Of a stretch of 64,000 nucleotides of DNA, positions 10,070 to 21,231 are shown piece by piece (within the stretch, counting starts at the first letter, position 1; every line of letters starts with the position of its first letter). The stretch lies in assembly GCA_963733295.1 (NCBI GenBank), contig CAVTCS010000003.1, forward strand, positions 1,600,001 to 1,664,000, read 5' to 3'. The notes below the pieces were generated by a model, which worked only from the letters and a program-made list of their open reading frames with translations, was not told the origin of the DNA and ran no database searches. The position numbers were made by a program, and so were the translations under genes. The stretch comes from Vulcanimicrobiota bacterium (GTDB lineage Bacteria > Vulcanimicrobiota > Vulcanimicrobiia > Vulcanimicrobiales > Vulcanimicrobiaceae).

Positions 10070-10953
10070 TGCGTAAGCGGTCCGGAGCGCAGTACGAAGT
10101 AGCCGAACGAGAGCAGTGCCGCAAGCATCAGTGCGATCGAAATGATGGCGCGGACGGCCCGGTCGAGGCCATTGGCTCCGGAGACGATCGGCGAGTTGGC
10201 GACGAGCAATTCGCGCCCGACGATCAGCGTGCAGTTGTCCGTATTTCCGCGCGCTTTCGCGGTTGCGAGCAGACGTGCGACGGCGTCGGACGGCGTCGCC
10301 GTGCTCAGCAAAGCATCGCCGATGTCGTCTGCGTCGACGGAACGGTGAATTCCGTCGGTGCAGAGCACGAGCTGATCGCCGGCGAGCAATTCGACGTGCG
10401 CGATGCTGGCTTCGAGTTTCGCCTGCGTTCCGAGGCTACGCCACAGCAGGCCGCGCATGCGCGGCTTGGCCGGCAGCGAGCTCTTGGCGCTGGGGACCGC
10501 GGCGTCGGCGAACATCGCGTCGTCGGCCGTCAACGTCTCGAGGTGACCGAGCCGCAGCAGGTAAGCGCGCGCATCGCCGACGTGGGCGATGAACGCGTGG
10601 TGACCGACGATGAGCACCGCCGTCAGCGAAGCTCCGCTCCCGACGAAATCTTCGTGGCTGCCGCTCTGCGCGAAGAGCCGGGCGTTGGCGTGATCGAGCG
10701 CGGCGAGCAGCAAGGCGCGCACGCTTCCCGGGGAGCCGGCGCGCGCTCCGAAGGCGCCCAGGCGCTGGCGGCGGCGCAGGTAGTCGCGCACGGTCGAAAG
10801 CGCGAGCGAGGCCGTCGGCACGCTGCGCGCGACCTCGCCGAAACCGTCGGCGATGCCGAAGAACGTCACGCCCGGCGCGATCGCTTCGGTAAGGTGCGCG
10901 TCGCTTTGATGTTTTTGCCAGAGGCCGACTTCGGAACCGACCGCTACTTCCAC
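10066..10953 (-). CDS. PP2C-family Ser/Thr phosphatase (PstP-like) with C-terminal TM helix
   Basis: IADG, AHVGDARAY, LCTDG, DNCT; hydrophobic C-terminus. Confidence 0.88.
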   Translation of the reverse strand: MEVAVGSEVGLWQKHQSDAHLTEAIAPGVTFFGIADGFGEVARSVPTASLALSTVRDYLRRRQRLGAFGARAGSPGSVRALLLAALDHANARLFAQSGSHEDFVGSGASLTAVLIVGHHAFIAHVGDARAYLLRLGHLETLTADDAMFADAAVPSAKSSLPAKPRMRGLLWRSLGTQAKLEASIAHVELLAGDQLVLCTDGIHRSVDADDIGDALLSTATPSDAVARLLATAKARGNTDNCTLIVGRELLVANSPIVSGANGLDRAVRAIISIALMLAALLSFGYFVLRSGPLTH

Positions 10954-11369
10954 GGACCGACTCCGCAGAAGGTGATGCGCGTCGTTCCGACGTCGATCTC
11001 GTCGCCGTCGCGCAAACCGGCCGCACCGTCGAGAGGCCGTGCGTTCACCAGCGTCCCGTTGCGACTGTCGAGGTCGCGGATGCTAAGGGCACCGTCCATC
11101 AGGTCGATTCGTGCGTGCAAACGGCTCACTCGCGCGTCGGGGATGACCAGCGTAGCCGACGGTGCTCTCCCGATCGTGATCGGCACCGGAGCGCGCACCG
11201 TCCGCGTCCGGCCCTCTTCCTCCACGCGAAGCACAACCGCCTGCATCGCGGTCATCGCATCGTCGCGCACGCGCCGCCTTCGCCAGATCGGCAGGGCGAG
11301 CAGCGCGAAGAGCGCCCCGGCGCAGACGAGTTCGAAGCTTTCCAAGCGGGCTGCGGCAGCGGGGATCAC
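10944..11369 (-). CDS. Membrane-anchored FHA-domain protein (FhaB-like)
   Basis: N-terminal TM helix; IGR...VSRLHA...DLDSRNGT. Confidence 0.9.
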   Translation of the reverse strand: MIPAAAARLESFELVCAGALFALLALPIWRRRRVRDDAMTAMQAVVLRVEEEGRTRTVRAPVPITIGRAPSATLVIPDARVSRLHARIDLMDGALSIRDLDSRNGTLVNARPLDGAAGLRDGDEIDVGTTRITFCGVGPWK

Positions 11370-12022
11370 GTGCCGGCGGCTTCGTCGGCTTCGACTGCCA
11401 GTTCGCTGTCACCCAACTCGAGAAGGTCGCCGCAGTGCAGCTCGCCTTCGCTCCGTCGCTCTCCGTTTAGCAGCGTGCCGTTGGACGAGCCGAGGTCGCG
11501 AAAGCGCACGCCCTCGCCGGACTCGACGATCTCGAGATGGCGGCGCGACACGCGCCGGTCTGCCAGAATCAGACCGGCCCCCGCCTCGCGCCCGACGACA
11601 AGCGTGCCGCGCAGCGGAAGCCGGGCGCCCGGCGGGACGCCTCTGCGCACGCGCAAGGCGAGTCGCACGGGCTCGGGCAGGACCTCGACCGCGATCGCCG
11701 CGGTTCCCGCGGGTACCGACGAATCGCCGATCATCGTGACCGCGGGCGGAGCCTGGGGGAGATGCGAGCGTTCGGCCAAGCGGGTCAACATCTCGCTCCA
11801 GCGGCGCTCGAGATACTCGCGGTCGGCAGCGAAGCGGGCGAAGTCGGCCGGATTCAACCGAACGCCAAAGCGCCGCTGCCCGCGGCCGGAGGAACCGGCT
11901 TCGAACGAGGCGACAAGCTTGCGGGCGATCTGCACCGGTTCGATCGCGCTCGGGAATGCGACGGCAAACGCACGCTCGACGGCGTTCGCACAAATGGTCT
12001 CGACCCGGACGAAGAAACTCAC
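11366..12022 (-). CDS. DUF3662 + FHA protein (FhaA-like)
   Basis: IEPVQIARKL N-domain; VGR...VSRRH...DLGSSNGT. GTG at 12022 overlaps the rsmB TGA. Confidence 0.88.
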   Translation of the reverse strand: MSFFVRVETICANAVERAFAVAFPSAIEPVQIARKLVASFEAGSSGRGQRRFGVRLNPADFARFAADREYLERRWSEMLTRLAERSHLPQAPPAVTMIGDSSVPAGTAAIAVEVLPEPVRLALRVRRGVPPGARLPLRGTLVVGREAGAGLILADRRVSRRHLEIVESGEGVRFRDLGSSNGTLLNGERRSEGELHCGDLLELGDSELAVEADEAAGT

Positions 12023-13362
12023 GGCTCGCGGACGAGCAGCGCGACGAAAAAGCCGTCGCGGCCGGCTATGCCCGGCGCGACGGCGACGTCGCCCGAGGCG
12101 GTGCGGAACTCGGCATAGCGTTCGGGTAGCGCGGCGCGCCGGAACGCCGGTTCGGCGCTGAGGAACTCCTCGATCTGGAGCGGTCCTTCGCGCGGATCGG
12201 TCGTGCAAACGCTGTACGCCAAGCGCGCGCCGGGTTTCGTTCGCGCGACCGCCGCGCGAAGCAAACCGTGCTGCAACCCCGCGAGACGCGCCGCGTCGCC
12301 GGGACTCTTGCGCCAGCGCGCTTCGGGATGACGCCCCAGCACGCCGAGGCTCGAGCAAGGCGCGTCGAGCAGAACCGCGTCGGCGCGAAGTTCCGCTGCG
12401 GCATCGCGCGCGTCGCCTTCGACGATCGCGGCGTTCGTGACCCCCGCGCGTTCGAGCGTCGCACCCAAAGCGCGCGCCTTGCGCGGTTCGCTTTCAACGC
12501 ACACCAGACTCCCTTCGCCGCGCATCCGGGCCGCGATTTGCGCGCTCTTGTGCCCGCGGCCGCTGCACAAATCGAGCACCGTTTCGCCGGGTTTGGGATC
12601 GAGCAAATCGACCGGCAAACACGCGCTCTCGCCTTGCACGAGCCAGCGCTCGCCGGGGTCGTCGGCGATCGCGTCCCCTTCGACGATCAGCGTCTCCGGA
12701 ACGAAGGGCGAAACGCGCACCTTCGCGCCGCGCTCCTCGAGAATTCGCGCGACGTCCGCGACCTCGGCGCGCAAGGTGTTGACGCGCACCGCGCGTTGCG
12801 CGGGCGCGTTGATTCCTGCGAGCACCGCCCGGCACGCGCCGTCGAACTGCTCCGACCAAGCCGCGGCGATCCAGCTCGGCACCGAATACGCGGTTCCCAG
12901 GTAATCGGCTTCGCGTTCGAAATCGCTCGGATCGGGAACCGCGGGCGAGTCGGCGATGAAGCGGCGCAGAACCGCGTTGACGAGACCGGCGGTGCCTTTG
13001 TGGCCGTGACGCAGTGCGAGATTGACCGTTTCGAAGACCGCCGCGTGATCTTCGACGCCGGCCATGAAACGAAGCTGATAGACGCCCAGACGCAGGATCT
13101 CGAGGATCGCCGGCGGCAACGTCCGCCCGCGTCCGTCGAGGTACGGCGCCAAGTACCAGTCGAGCAGGCGGCGGCCCTTGATCGCGCCGTACGCGAGTTC
13201 GGCGGCAAATGCGCGATCGCGCGCGTCGACTCCCGAGCGGCGCGCACGTACGTCGAAGGCCGCTTGCGCGCCGCGCGCTTCGGGACCGAAGACGTCGCGA
13301 ACGACCACAAGCGCGAGCTCGCGCGCGTTCTGCCGAGTCGCCGTCGCAGCGCCTGCGCTCAT
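12019..13362 (-). CDS. rsmB: 16S rRNA m5C967 methyltransferase RsmB/Sun with NusB-like N-domain
   Basis: ILRLGVYQL, GLVNAVLR, LDLCSGRGHK, LDAPCS, YSVCT, DGFF. ATG 13362 overlaps the fmt stop. Confidence 0.92.
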   Translation of the reverse strand: MSAGAATATRQNARELALVVVRDVFGPEARGAQAAFDVRARRSGVDARDRAFAAELAYGAIKGRRLLDWYLAPYLDGRGRTLPPAILEILRLGVYQLRFMAGVEDHAAVFETVNLALRHGHKGTAGLVNAVLRRFIADSPAVPDPSDFEREADYLGTAYSVPSWIAAAWSEQFDGACRAVLAGINAPAQRAVRVNTLRAEVADVARILEERGAKVRVSPFVPETLIVEGDAIADDPGERWLVQGESACLPVDLLDPKPGETVLDLCSGRGHKSAQIAARMRGEGSLVCVESEPRKARALGATLERAGVTNAAIVEGDARDAAAELRADAVLLDAPCSSLGVLGRHPEARWRKSPGDAARLAGLQHGLLRAAVARTKPGARLAYSVCTTDPREGPLQIEEFLSAEPAFRRAALPERYAEFRTASGDVAVAPGIAGRDGFFVALLVREP

Positions 13363-14285
13363 GCCGTCAAACGCGCCCGGACGAAGCGCGCGCCGTCCAT
13401 CGCGTCGCGGTTCGGCGGCACGAGACGTTCGACCGCGACGATGCCGTCCCCGCAACAGACGAGCGCCGCGGTCCCGTGCAGGCCGGCCAGTTCGCCGGCC
13501 TGCGCGCCGGCAGGCCGAGGCAGACCGGCCGGAGCGACGCTGAGCAGCTTGACGCGTTCGCCTGCGAGTTCCGCGCGCGCCGCCGGGAGCGGCGCGAGCG
13601 AACGCACGTGGTTTACGATGCGCACCGCGTTCCAATTCCAATCCAGAACGAGATCCTCTTTCGAAAGCGGGCGCGTCGCCGTTTCCGCGATCGCCGCGGC
13701 CGGAGCGAGACCGGCTTGCGGAATGCGCTGCAACGTTCCCGCCGCCGCTTGCGCCACCGCCTTCGCGAGCATTTCGGCGCCGAGCCGAGCGAATCGATCG
13801 TGGAGTTCGCCGTAATTCTCGCGCGGACCGATCTCACTGCGCTCCTGTAAGACGATGTCGCCTGTGTCCATCCCGGCATCCATCATGATGATCGTAACGC
13901 CGCCGCTGGAGATTCCGTCGCGCAGCTGAGCTTGCAGCGGCGTCGCGCCGCGGTAACGCGGTAGCAGACTGGGATGCACGTTGAGCGCGCCCAGCCTCGG
14001 CAACCCCAAAATCGCGGCGGACAAGATCTTTCCGTACGAGGCGACCGCGAACAGGTCGGCGGCGACGCCGGCCAGGCGCGGCATCGCATCGCGCATGCGC
14101 TCGGTCGCGTAGACTTCGAGGCCGAGCGCTTCGGCCGCGCGTTTGACCGGCGCCGGCAAAAGGCGCATCCCGCGGCCTGCGGGACGGTCGGGCTGGGTCA
14201 CGACGAGCACGCACTCGAGCGCCGACGCGAACGCGTGCAGGGCCGGAATCGCAAAGTCGCTCGTGCCGAAAAAAACGCCGCGCAG
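13359..14285 (-). CDS. fmt: Methionyl-tRNA formyltransferase
   Basis: VFFGTSDFA, VVTQPDRPAGRG, NVHPSLLPRYRGATP, GMDTGD. The only plausible nearby start is CTG 14285. Confidence 0.92.
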   Translation of the reverse strand: MRGVFFGTSDFAIPALHAFASALECVLVVTQPDRPAGRGMRLLPAPVKRAAEALGLEVYATERMRDAMPRLAGVAADLFAVASYGKILSAAILGLPRLGALNVHPSLLPRYRGATPLQAQLRDGISSGGVTIIMMDAGMDTGDIVLQERSEIGPRENYGELHDRFARLGAEMLAKAVAQAAAGTLQRIPQAGLAPAAAIAETATRPLSKEDLVLDWNWNAVRIVNHVRSLAPLPAARAELAGERVKLLSVAPAGLPRPAGAQAGELAGLHGTAALVCCGDGIVAVERLVPPNRDAMDGARFVRARLTA

Positions 14286-14295
14286 CGGGACGCGT

Positions 14296-14832
14296 TCAGG
14301 CGGAAACGGCTTCGGCCTCGGATTCGAGCAGTGCGGTCTTCTCTTCGTCCGTGACGGCCGGGCGCACGTTTTGCGCCTTGTCGACGTAGAGCACGCCGTC
14401 GAGGTGATCCATCTCGTGCTGCAAACAGCGTCCGAACAGTTCGCTGCCCTCGACTTCAAAACGCTTCCCGTTGCGATCGAGCGCCGAGCACACGACGCGC
14501 TCGTAGCGCGTCAGATCGCCGATCATTCCCGGAATCGAGAGGCAGCCCTCGATCGAGGCGATCTCGCCCTCGACCGTCGTAAACTTCGGATTGATGAAGA
14601 CGAGCGGGCCGTGCTCTTCTTTGTCGTCGCCCAGATCGACGACGAAGATGCGCTTTCCGACGTTGATCTGCGGCGCCGCGAGGCCGATGCCGGGCGCCTC
14701 GTACATCGTCTCGAACATGTCGTCGATCAACTGCTGGAACAAGGGGTCGGCGATTTGGGCCGCAGCGACGCGCTTGGAGACCTTGCGCAGCGTCGGGTGG
14801 CCGTCTTTGATAATCTCGCGGATGTAAGGCAC
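14296..14832 (-). CDS. def: Peptide deformylase
   Basis: GIGLAAPQI, EGCLS, QHEMDHLDG. GTG 14832 lies 7 nt after TATAAT (alternative start ATG 14841). Confidence 0.96.
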   Translation of the reverse strand: MPYIREIIKDGHPTLRKVSKRVAAAQIADPLFQQLIDDMFETMYEAPGIGLAAPQINVGKRIFVVDLGDDKEEHGPLVFINPKFTTVEGEIASIEGCLSIPGMIGDLTRYERVVCSALDRNGKRFEVEGSELFGRCLQHEMDHLDGVLYVDKAQNVRPAVTDEEKTALLESEAEAVSA

Positions 14833-14839
14833 GACACCC

Positions 14840-14845
14840 ATTATA
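14840..14845 (-). promoter_or_regulatory. -10 hexamer TATAAT, probable leaderless promoter of def
   Basis: Perfect TATAAT in GC-rich context, 7 nt before the GTG. Confidence 0.6.
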
Positions 14846-14923
14846 AACCAAGCCTCCAAGCGGGCGCTGCGCCCTCGGTCGGGGGTCTGGGCGCGGCCGC
14901 CGGCCGGCGGCCCTAGCACCCTG

Positions 14924-16363
14924 CTAAAGGATGTACGTGCTGAGGTTGGCGTCCCGCACGATGTCGGCTAGCTTGGAGCGGACGTACTCGGCGTCGATCC
15001 GGACCGTGCCTGCGTCCTCGGGCGCCGCGTAGGAGACGTCTTCGAGCAGCCGTTCCAAGACCGTGTGCAAACGGCGCGCGCCGATGTTTTCGGACTGGTC
15101 GTTGACCTGCATCGCATAGGCCGCCAGCTGCGCGACGCCGTCGGGAAGGAATTCGATCGTCACGCCCTCGACCGCGAGCAGCTGACGATACTGCTCGGTG
15201 AGAGCGTTGCGCGGTTGCGTGAGGATCGTCTTGAAATCTTCCGCCGTCAGGGAGTCGAGCTCGACGCGAATCGGAAAGCGGCCTTGCAATTCGGGAATGA
15301 GATCCGAGGGCTTGCTAATGTGAAAGGCGCCCGCCGCGATGAACAGGATGTGATCGGTTTTGATCGAGCCGTACTTCGTCGCAACGGTGCTACCTTCGAC
15401 GATCGGCAAGATGTCGCGCTGCACGCCCTCGCGCGAGATATCGGGACCGCGTCCGCCTTCGCGGCCGGCGACCTTGTCGATCTCGTCGATGAAGATGATC
15501 CCGTTGTCGCCGGCACGCCGCAGCGCCTCGCGCTTGACGGCATCCATGTCGATCAGTTTTCCGGCTTCCTCCTGCGCGAAGACGCGACGCGCGTCGGCAA
15601 CCGTCATGCGCTTGCGAGTCTTCTTCTTCGGCAGAAGTCCGCCGAGCATCTCGCCGACGTCGGCGCCGCCGCCCATCGAGGGGTCCATCCCGCCGAGGAC
15701 GCCGATCGGAAGCTGCGGCGTCTCTTCGATTTCGACGTCGAGGAGCCGCACGTCGTAAAAGCCGCGCAGAACGTCGGCCCGCGCCTGCTCGCGGATCCTG
15801 CGCGCATCCTCGCCCGTCGCCGTCGCCGCAGCTTGGGGTTGCGCCGGCTGTTGCGCCGGCTGCGCGAACGTATTACCGAAGATCGAGCCGAGCGTGGAAG
15901 CAAACGAGGTCATCGGTTGCGACGGCAAGTGCGTCTGCGTTTCGGGGAACAGGAGATCGATGATGCGCTCGACCGCGGCCGCGTCGGCGGCCTGCTCCAC
16001 CTCGGCGCGCCGCTCGTCTTGTACGACGCGGATCGCGGCTTCGACCAGATCCCGCACCATCGACTCGACGTCGCGCCCGACGTAACCGACCTCGGTATAC
16101 TTGGTCGCTTCGACCTTCACGAACGGCGCGCCGGCGAGCGTTGCCAAACGCCGCGCGATCTCGGTCTTTCCGACGCCGGTCGGACCGATCATCAAGATAT
16201 TCTTCGGAATCACTTCGCCGCGCATCTCACCCGCAAGCTGCTCGCGCCGGTAGCGGTTTCGCATTGCAATCGCGACCGCGCGCTTGGCCTTCGCCTGCCC
16301 GACGATGTAGCGATCGAGTTCGGCCACGATCTGGCGAGGCGTCAGTTCGCGCGCGGCGGTCAT
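14924..16363 (-). CDS. hslU: ATP-dependent protease ATPase subunit HslU
   Basis: [35 protein letters not shown] 16363 overlaps the upstream TGA. Confidence 0.97.
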   Translation of the reverse strand: MTAARELTPRQIVAELDRYIVGQAKAKRAVAIAMRNRYRREQLAGEMRGEVIPKNILMIGPTGVGKTEIARRLATLAGAPFVKVEATKYTEVGYVGRDVESMVRDLVEAAIRVVQDERRAEVEQAADAAAVERIIDLLFPETQTHLPSQPMTSFASTLGSIFGNTFAQPAQQPAQPQAAATATGEDARRIREQARADVLRGFYDVRLLDVEIEETPQLPIGVLGGMDPSMGGGADVGEMLGGLLPKKKTRKRMTVADARRVFAQEEAGKLIDMDAVKREALRRAGDNGIIFIDEIDKVAGREGGRGPDISREGVQRDILPIVEGSTVATKYGSIKTDHILFIAAGAFHISKPSDLIPELQGRFPIRVELDSLTAEDFKTILTQPRNALTEQYRQLLAVEGVTIEFLPDGVAQLAAYAMQVNDQSENIGARRLHTVLERLLEDVSYAAPEDAGTVRIDAEYVRSKLADIVRDANLSTYIL

Positions 16364-17733
16364 TGCGCGCACTCCGCGAGTTCGTCGTAGAGGTATGTCA
16401 TCGTCTCGATTCCACCGAAGAATTGGTCGAGCGAAAAGCGCTCGTTCGGCGCGTGAATCCGGTCGCTCGGCAAACCGACGCCGATCAGCACCTGAGGCAG
16501 GTGCAAGATGCGGTCGAAACTCGAGACCGGCCCGATCGTGCCGCCCGTCCCGATGAAGACCGGCGCTTTGCCGAAACCTCGCTCCATCGCGCGCGCGGCA
16601 GCCGCCACGGCGGGATGATCGCGCGAAGTACTCACGGCCCGCACGTCACCGTCCTCTGCGATCTCGACGCGAACTCCGGCCGGTGCGACGCGCTCGAGGT
16701 GCGCGCGCACCGCCGCTTTGACCTGAGCGGGGCTCTGTCCCGCGACGAGCCGCGCCGAAAGTTTGAGCGTGGCGAAGCTGGGCACGATCGTCTTCGCACC
16801 CGGGCCCTGATAACCGCCGTAGATACCGTTGCACTCGAGCGTGGGCCGGAGCCACATCCGTTCGAGCGGCAAGTAACCGCGTTCGCCGCCGAACAGCGCC
16901 GCCACGCCGAGCTCGCGAGCTTCTTGCTCGCCGTCGAACGGAAGCGAGGAGATCTCGCCGTGCTCGCCGGGCGTGGGCTCGCTCACGCCGTCGTAGAAAC
17001 CGGCAACCGCGACGCGGCCGCTCTCCTCGCGCAACGTGGCGATCATACGCGCCAGAGCCTCGATCGGGTTGACGACGAGCCCGCCAAAATAGCCCGAATG
17101 GAGATCGCTCGACGGACCATACACCGTAACTTCCCAGTGCACGAGCCCGCGTAACGAGACGGTCAGCGAGGGCACGTCCTCCGCGAAGACCGCGGTGTCG
17201 GAGACGACGACGACGTCGCACGCCAGCCGCTCGCGCTCGCGTGCCAGAAAAGCCTCGAAGCTGGGCGAACCGATCTCTTCCTCACCCTCGACGACGACTT
17301 TGACGTTGAGCGGCAACGAGCCGCGAACACGCAAGTGAGCTTCGAGCGCTGCCAGGTGCATCAGCACCTGCCCCTTGTCGTCGACGCTCCCGCGACCGTA
17401 GACGCTGCCGTCGCGGACCGTGGCGACGAAGGGCGGCGATTGCCAAAGCTCGAGCGGGTCCTCGGGCTGAACGTCGTGATGGCCGTAGATGAGCATCGTC
17501 GGCGCTCCCGGCGCGTGCAGCCACGAACCATACGCAATCGGAAGACCGTCCGTTTCGAGGACCTCCGCTTCGGTGAGCCCTGCGGCGCGCATGCGCGCGA
17601 CGACCGCTTCGGCCGAGCGGCGTACCTCCGGATGACGAGCCGGGTCGGCGGAGACCGAAGGACACGCGACCCACGCTCCGAGTTCCGCGAGATACCGGTC
17701 GCGATTCGCGCGAACGAAATCGACGATTTCCAC
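16360..17733 (-). CDS. M20 family metallo-dipeptidase
   Basis: [36 protein letters not shown]. Confidence 0.93.
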   Translation of the reverse strand: MEIVDFVRANRDRYLAELGAWVACPSVSADPARHPEVRRSAEAVVARMRAAGLTEAEVLETDGLPIAYGSWLHAPGAPTMLIYGHHDVQPEDPLELWQSPPFVATVRDGSVYGRGSVDDKGQVLMHLAALEAHLRVRGSLPLNVKVVVEGEEEIGSPSFEAFLARERERLACDVVVVSDTAVFAEDVPSLTVSLRGLVHWEVTVYGPSSDLHSGYFGGLVVNPIEALARMIATLREESGRVAVAGFYDGVSEPTPGEHGEISSLPFDGEQEARELGVAALFGGERGYLPLERMWLRPTLECNGIYGGYQGPGAKTIVPSFATLKLSARLVAGQSPAQVKAAVRAHLERVAPAGVRVEIAEDGDVRAVSTSRDHPAVAAAARAMERGFGKAPVFIGTGGTIGPVSSFDRILHLPQVLIGVGLPSDRIHAPNERFSLDQFFGGIETMTYLYDELAECAQ

Positions 17734-19272
17734 CTAGATCTCCGCGATCGCAAGCGCATCGAGCGAGCCGCGCCAGTTCGCCGCGAGCTCGTCGGCGTAT
17801 TGACGGCTATCGCCGGCTTTGCCCTCACGAGCGAGCGTGCGCATCAAACCGTACAGCGAGTGTGCGTTGTGCGGGGTTCGAACGAGATCGGATTTGAAGG
17901 CCGCTTCCGCGCCCGGATAGTCGCCGTCCTCGAGCAGGAGCCATCCAAGCCACTCGCCGGCGGGATAGAACCACGGTGCGTACACTTCCGGCGGATTCTG
18001 CGCCATCTCCGGCAGCGCGCCGCGCAACGCAGCCGTCGCCGCAGGGATGTCGCCCTGCAGCGCATCGACTTGGGCCTGAGCCATGCGATGCAGCGGGTCC
18101 AGGAAATCGGGTCGCGTCGAGGATTTGATGGCCGTCTCGAAGGCGGCGAGCGCCGCACGCGCGTCGGAGGGGTTCTTGAGCCCGCAGTACGCGAGGACTC
18201 GCGCGTACGACCACGTCAGGATCGCGTAACCGCGAGTGGGTTTCGGCGTCACCAGAATGTCGTTCCAGCGCCCGAGGCGCGCTTCGATCAGCAACGCCGT
18301 GCCGGCTTCTTGCGCTTGAGCCAGGTCGAGCGCGGTGCCGATTTCGCTCGCGTCGCCGAGCATCAGCGCGCCGCCCGCGTAGAAGTCGAGGTTGTGTTTG
18401 AAGTAGGTAAGTTGGTTCGGCTGCTCGGCGAGCGAAGCGGCATATGCGCGATCGAGTGCGACCGCTTCGCGCTCTTCACGCAACAATTCCGGAAAGAGCC
18501 CGAGATCGAGATCGGTGTGTCCCGCCATGTGCACGAGGTGCGAAGCGGCGGGCTCGACCGGCAAGACGCTGAGCCGGCGCGCGCTCGGCTCGGCACCCTC
18601 GGCCACGACCGGAGCGTCGAGCAGATGCACCAGGTAGTGATTCGCGCCGATGTGATCGGGATTGCGGCGCAACACTGCTTCGAGCGTCGCCACGAGACCT
18701 GCCGTCGCACCGGTCGGCGCCGTGCCGTTCCACCCCCAAGCGTCGACGTCCATCGCGCTTTCGACCGACAGCGCGGCCGCGTCGTCGTCCAACGGAAAAT
18801 CGGCGAAGAGCTTCTGCATCGCATCGCGGTAGGCCAGGTAGGTCGCGTCGGTTTTCCCCTTGGGATCTTTGGGATAGCGGAGTTGCAGCGCTTCGATGTA
18901 GCGCCGTTCCTCGGGTAGGGCCGAGCCTTCGAGCGCCGCTGCACGTTTTAGAGCCGCCTGCGCGACCTCGATATCGCCGGGCGACATTCGCTCGTTGAGG
19001 TTCGGGCCCACCGCAAGCGCGATGCCCCAATACGCCATCGCCAAATTCGGATCGGCCTGCGAGGCGCGTTCGAAGCGCTTGCGCGCCTCCTCGCGATTGA
19101 ACGCGTAGACGAGCGTCAAGCCTTCGTCGAAGAGGCGTTGCGCATTGGCATCGTTCGTGCCGACGGTATGATGCACGAGCGCCGCTTGTGGCGACTCAGG
19201 AATCTGCGCTCGCGCCGCGCAGGGAACGAGAAGCGCGGCACACAGCAGGCTCGCGGTCCCAGCGAGCCTCAA
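17734..19272 (-). CDS. Secreted TPR-like repeat protein
   Basis: Signal peptide; [43 protein letters not shown]. Confidence 0.8.
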   Translation of the reverse strand: MRLAGTASLLCAALLVPCAARAQIPESPQAALVHHTVGTNDANAQRLFDEGLTLVYAFNREEARKRFERASQADPNLAMAYWGIALAVGPNLNERMSPGDIEVAQAALKRAAALEGSALPEERRYIEALQLRYPKDPKGKTDATYLAYRDAMQKLFADFPLDDDAAALSVESAMDVDAWGWNGTAPTGATAGLVATLEAVLRRNPDHIGANHYLVHLLDAPVVAEGAEPSARRLSVLPVEPAASHLVHMAGHTDLDLGLFPELLREEREAVALDRAYAASLAEQPNQLTYFKHNLDFYAGGALMLGDASEIGTALDLAQAQEAGTALLIEARLGRWNDILVTPKPTRGYAILTWSYARVLAYCGLKNPSDARAALAAFETAIKSSTRPDFLDPLHRMAQAQVDALQGDIPAATAALRGALPEMAQNPPEVYAPWFYPAGEWLGWLLLEDGDYPGAEAAFKSDLVRTPHNAHSLYGLMRTLAREGKAGDSRQYADELAANWRGSLDALAIAEI

Positions 19273-19802
19273 ACGACTTCCACCACGATGTCTTCGTTCG
19301 TGTAGATGTCGATCGAGGATGCAACCTTGAGCGCTTCGCGCGCGATCGACTCGGCGTCGAGCGAGCTGTGCCGCAGCAGCGCCACCGCCGCCGCTTGCGC
19401 GTAGGGACCTCCGCTGCCGATCGCGGCGATTCCCTCGTCGGGCTCGATCACGTCGCCCGTCCCGCTGAGCACGAACAGATGCTCGGCGGTGCCGACCACG
19501 AGGAGTGCCTCGAGCCTGCGCAGCGCGCGGTCTTGGCGCCAGTCCTTAGCGAGTTCGACCGCGGCGCGCACGATGTTGCCTTTATACTCCGAGAGCTTGC
19601 CTTCGAATTTCTCCAGCAGCGTGATTCCGTCCGCGGCCGACCCGGCGAAACCGGCGAGCACCTTGCCTTCGGCGATGCGCCGCACCTTGCGCGCACCGTG
19701 CTTCATGATCGTTTTGTCGAAGGTCACTTGTCCGTCGCCGGCCAGCGCCAGCTTTCCGTCCTTGCGGACGGCGAGAATCGTGGTCGAGCGAATTCGCATC
19801 AA
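19269..19802 (-). CDS. hslV: ATP-dependent protease subunit HslV
   Basis: [27 protein letters not shown]. Confidence 0.97.
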   Translation of the reverse strand: MMRIRSTTILAVRKDGKLALAGDGQVTFDKTIMKHGARKVRRIAEGKVLAGFAGSAADGITLLEKFEGKLSEYKGNIVRAAVELAKDWRQDRALRRLEALLVVGTAEHLFVLSGTGDVIEPDEGIAAIGSGGPYAQAAAVALLRHSSLDAESIAREALKVASSIDIYTNEDIVVEVV

Positions 19803-19866
19803 GCCGCTGTATCCGCCGAGGCGACCGGTGTTTCTTGCCGGAGCGGCCGGCGCGACGTTTCGGGTC

Positions 19867-21231
19867 CTAGGCCGGTGCCGGAACGCGCCGCCAAGCTTCG
19901 AGCGCGGTCAGCGCCCGCTCCGCCATTGCCCGCCGGCGCTCGCGTTTGTCGCGCGGCGCACCCGGCAGCGGCGGGAAAAACGCCCAACTCACGTTGGCCG
20001 GCTGGAAATCCGCGCTGGCCGCATTCTGCAAGTGTCCGACGACCGCGGCGAGCGCGGTGCCGGCGGGAACCGCAGCGGCCGATTCGCCGCGCAAAACCGC
20101 GGCTGCCGAGCGCGCCGCGATGAGGCCGCACGCCGCCGCTTCGACGTAGCCCTCGGCACCGGTGATTTGCCCTGCGAACCAAGTTCGTTCGAAACCCCGC
20201 AGACGCAGATCGTGCGTCAAGAAGCGCGGAGCGTCGATGAACGAGTTGCGGTGCATGACGCCGAGCCGTAACCACTCCGCCGATTCGAGTCCCGGAAGTT
20301 TACCGAATGCCTCTTTTTGGGCAGGCCAGGTCAAGCGGGTCTGAAACCCGACGAGGTTGTAGGCGCTGCCCTCGAGGTTCTCTTTGCGCAGCTGCACGAC
20401 CGCATGCGGGATCGCTCCCGTGCGCGGGTCGCGCAGGCCGACCGGCTTGAGCGGCCCGTATCGCAGCGTCTCGTCACCGCGCGCCGCCAGCTCCTCGATT
20501 GGCAGACAGCCTTCGAAGTACGGAACCTTACCGTCCGCGGCGTCCCGTTCGAACTCTTTGGGCTCCGCTTTGGGTAACTCACGCAGATCGTGCACGAAGG
20601 CCGCGTACTGCGCGCGATCGAGCGGAATGTTGAGATAGTCTTCGCCCGGGCCTTTGTCGTAACGCGATTTCGCGTACATCCGGTCCCGCTCGATGGAGTC
20701 GGCTGCGACGATCGGCGACGCCGCGTCGTAGTAGTGCAAACGGGGACGGCTCGAACCTTCTTCGGCCGGGACGCGCGCGAGCAGCGCGTCGATCGCTTGG
20801 GAAAGCGCTTGCGAGGGTAGCGGTCCGCAGGCGACGATCGTCGGCTGCAACGTATCGATCGCGCGGACTTCCTCGCGCAGGATGCGGATGCGCGGGTGCG
20901 CCCCCAGACGCGACTCGACTTCGGCCGCGAAGCGCAACCGGTCGACGGCGAGCGCGCCGCCCGCCGGGACCGCGCAGTTCCGCGCGGAGCTCACGATCAA
21001 CGAATCGAGGCGCGCGAGCTCTTCCTTGAGCAAGCCGACGGCGTTTTCGAGCGCCGCCCCGCGCAGCGAGTTACTGCAAACCAGTTCCGCTAAAGCGTCG
21101 CTCTGATGCGCCGGTCCGCGCCGGTGCGGACGCATCTCGATCAGTTCGACGTCGAGCCCGCATTCGGCCGCCTGCCACGCCGCTTCGCATCCGGCGAGAC
21201 CCCCGCCGACGATCCGAAGCAGCGCGCTCAC
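19867..21231 (-). CDS. trmFO: FAD/folate-dependent tRNA m5U54 methyltransferase
   Basis: [50 protein letters not shown]. Confidence 0.96.
   Translation of the reverse strand: MSALLRIVGGGLAGCEAAWQAAECGLDVELIEMRPHRRGPAHQSDALAELVCSNSLRGAALENAVGLLKEELARLDSLIVSSARNCAVPAGGALAVDRLRFAAEVESRLGAHPRIRILREEVRAIDTLQPTIVACGPLPSQALSQAIDALLARVPAEEGSSRPRLHYYDAASPIVAADSIERDRMYAKSRYDKGPGEDYLNIPLDRAQYAAFVHDLRELPKAEPKEFERDAADGKVPYFEGCLPIEELAARGDETLRYGPLKPVGLRDPRTGAIPHAVVQLRKENLEGSAYNLVGFQTRLTWPAQKEAFGKLPGLESAEWLRLGVMHRNSFIDAPRFLTHDLRLRGFERTWFAGQITGAEGYVEAAACGLIAARSAAAVLRGESAAAVPAGTALAAVVGHLQNAASADFQPANVSWAFFPPLPGAPRDKRERRRAMAERALTALEAWRRVPAPA

Noticed and set aside
14260..14300. Programmed frameshift fusing def and fmt at the T7 run
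   Set aside because: The run lies after the def stop, inside the conserved VFFG codons of fmt, and def ends normally.
19803..19866. xerC/codV remnant between trmFO and hslV
   Set aside because: The gap is 64 bp and shows no recombinase-like sequence.
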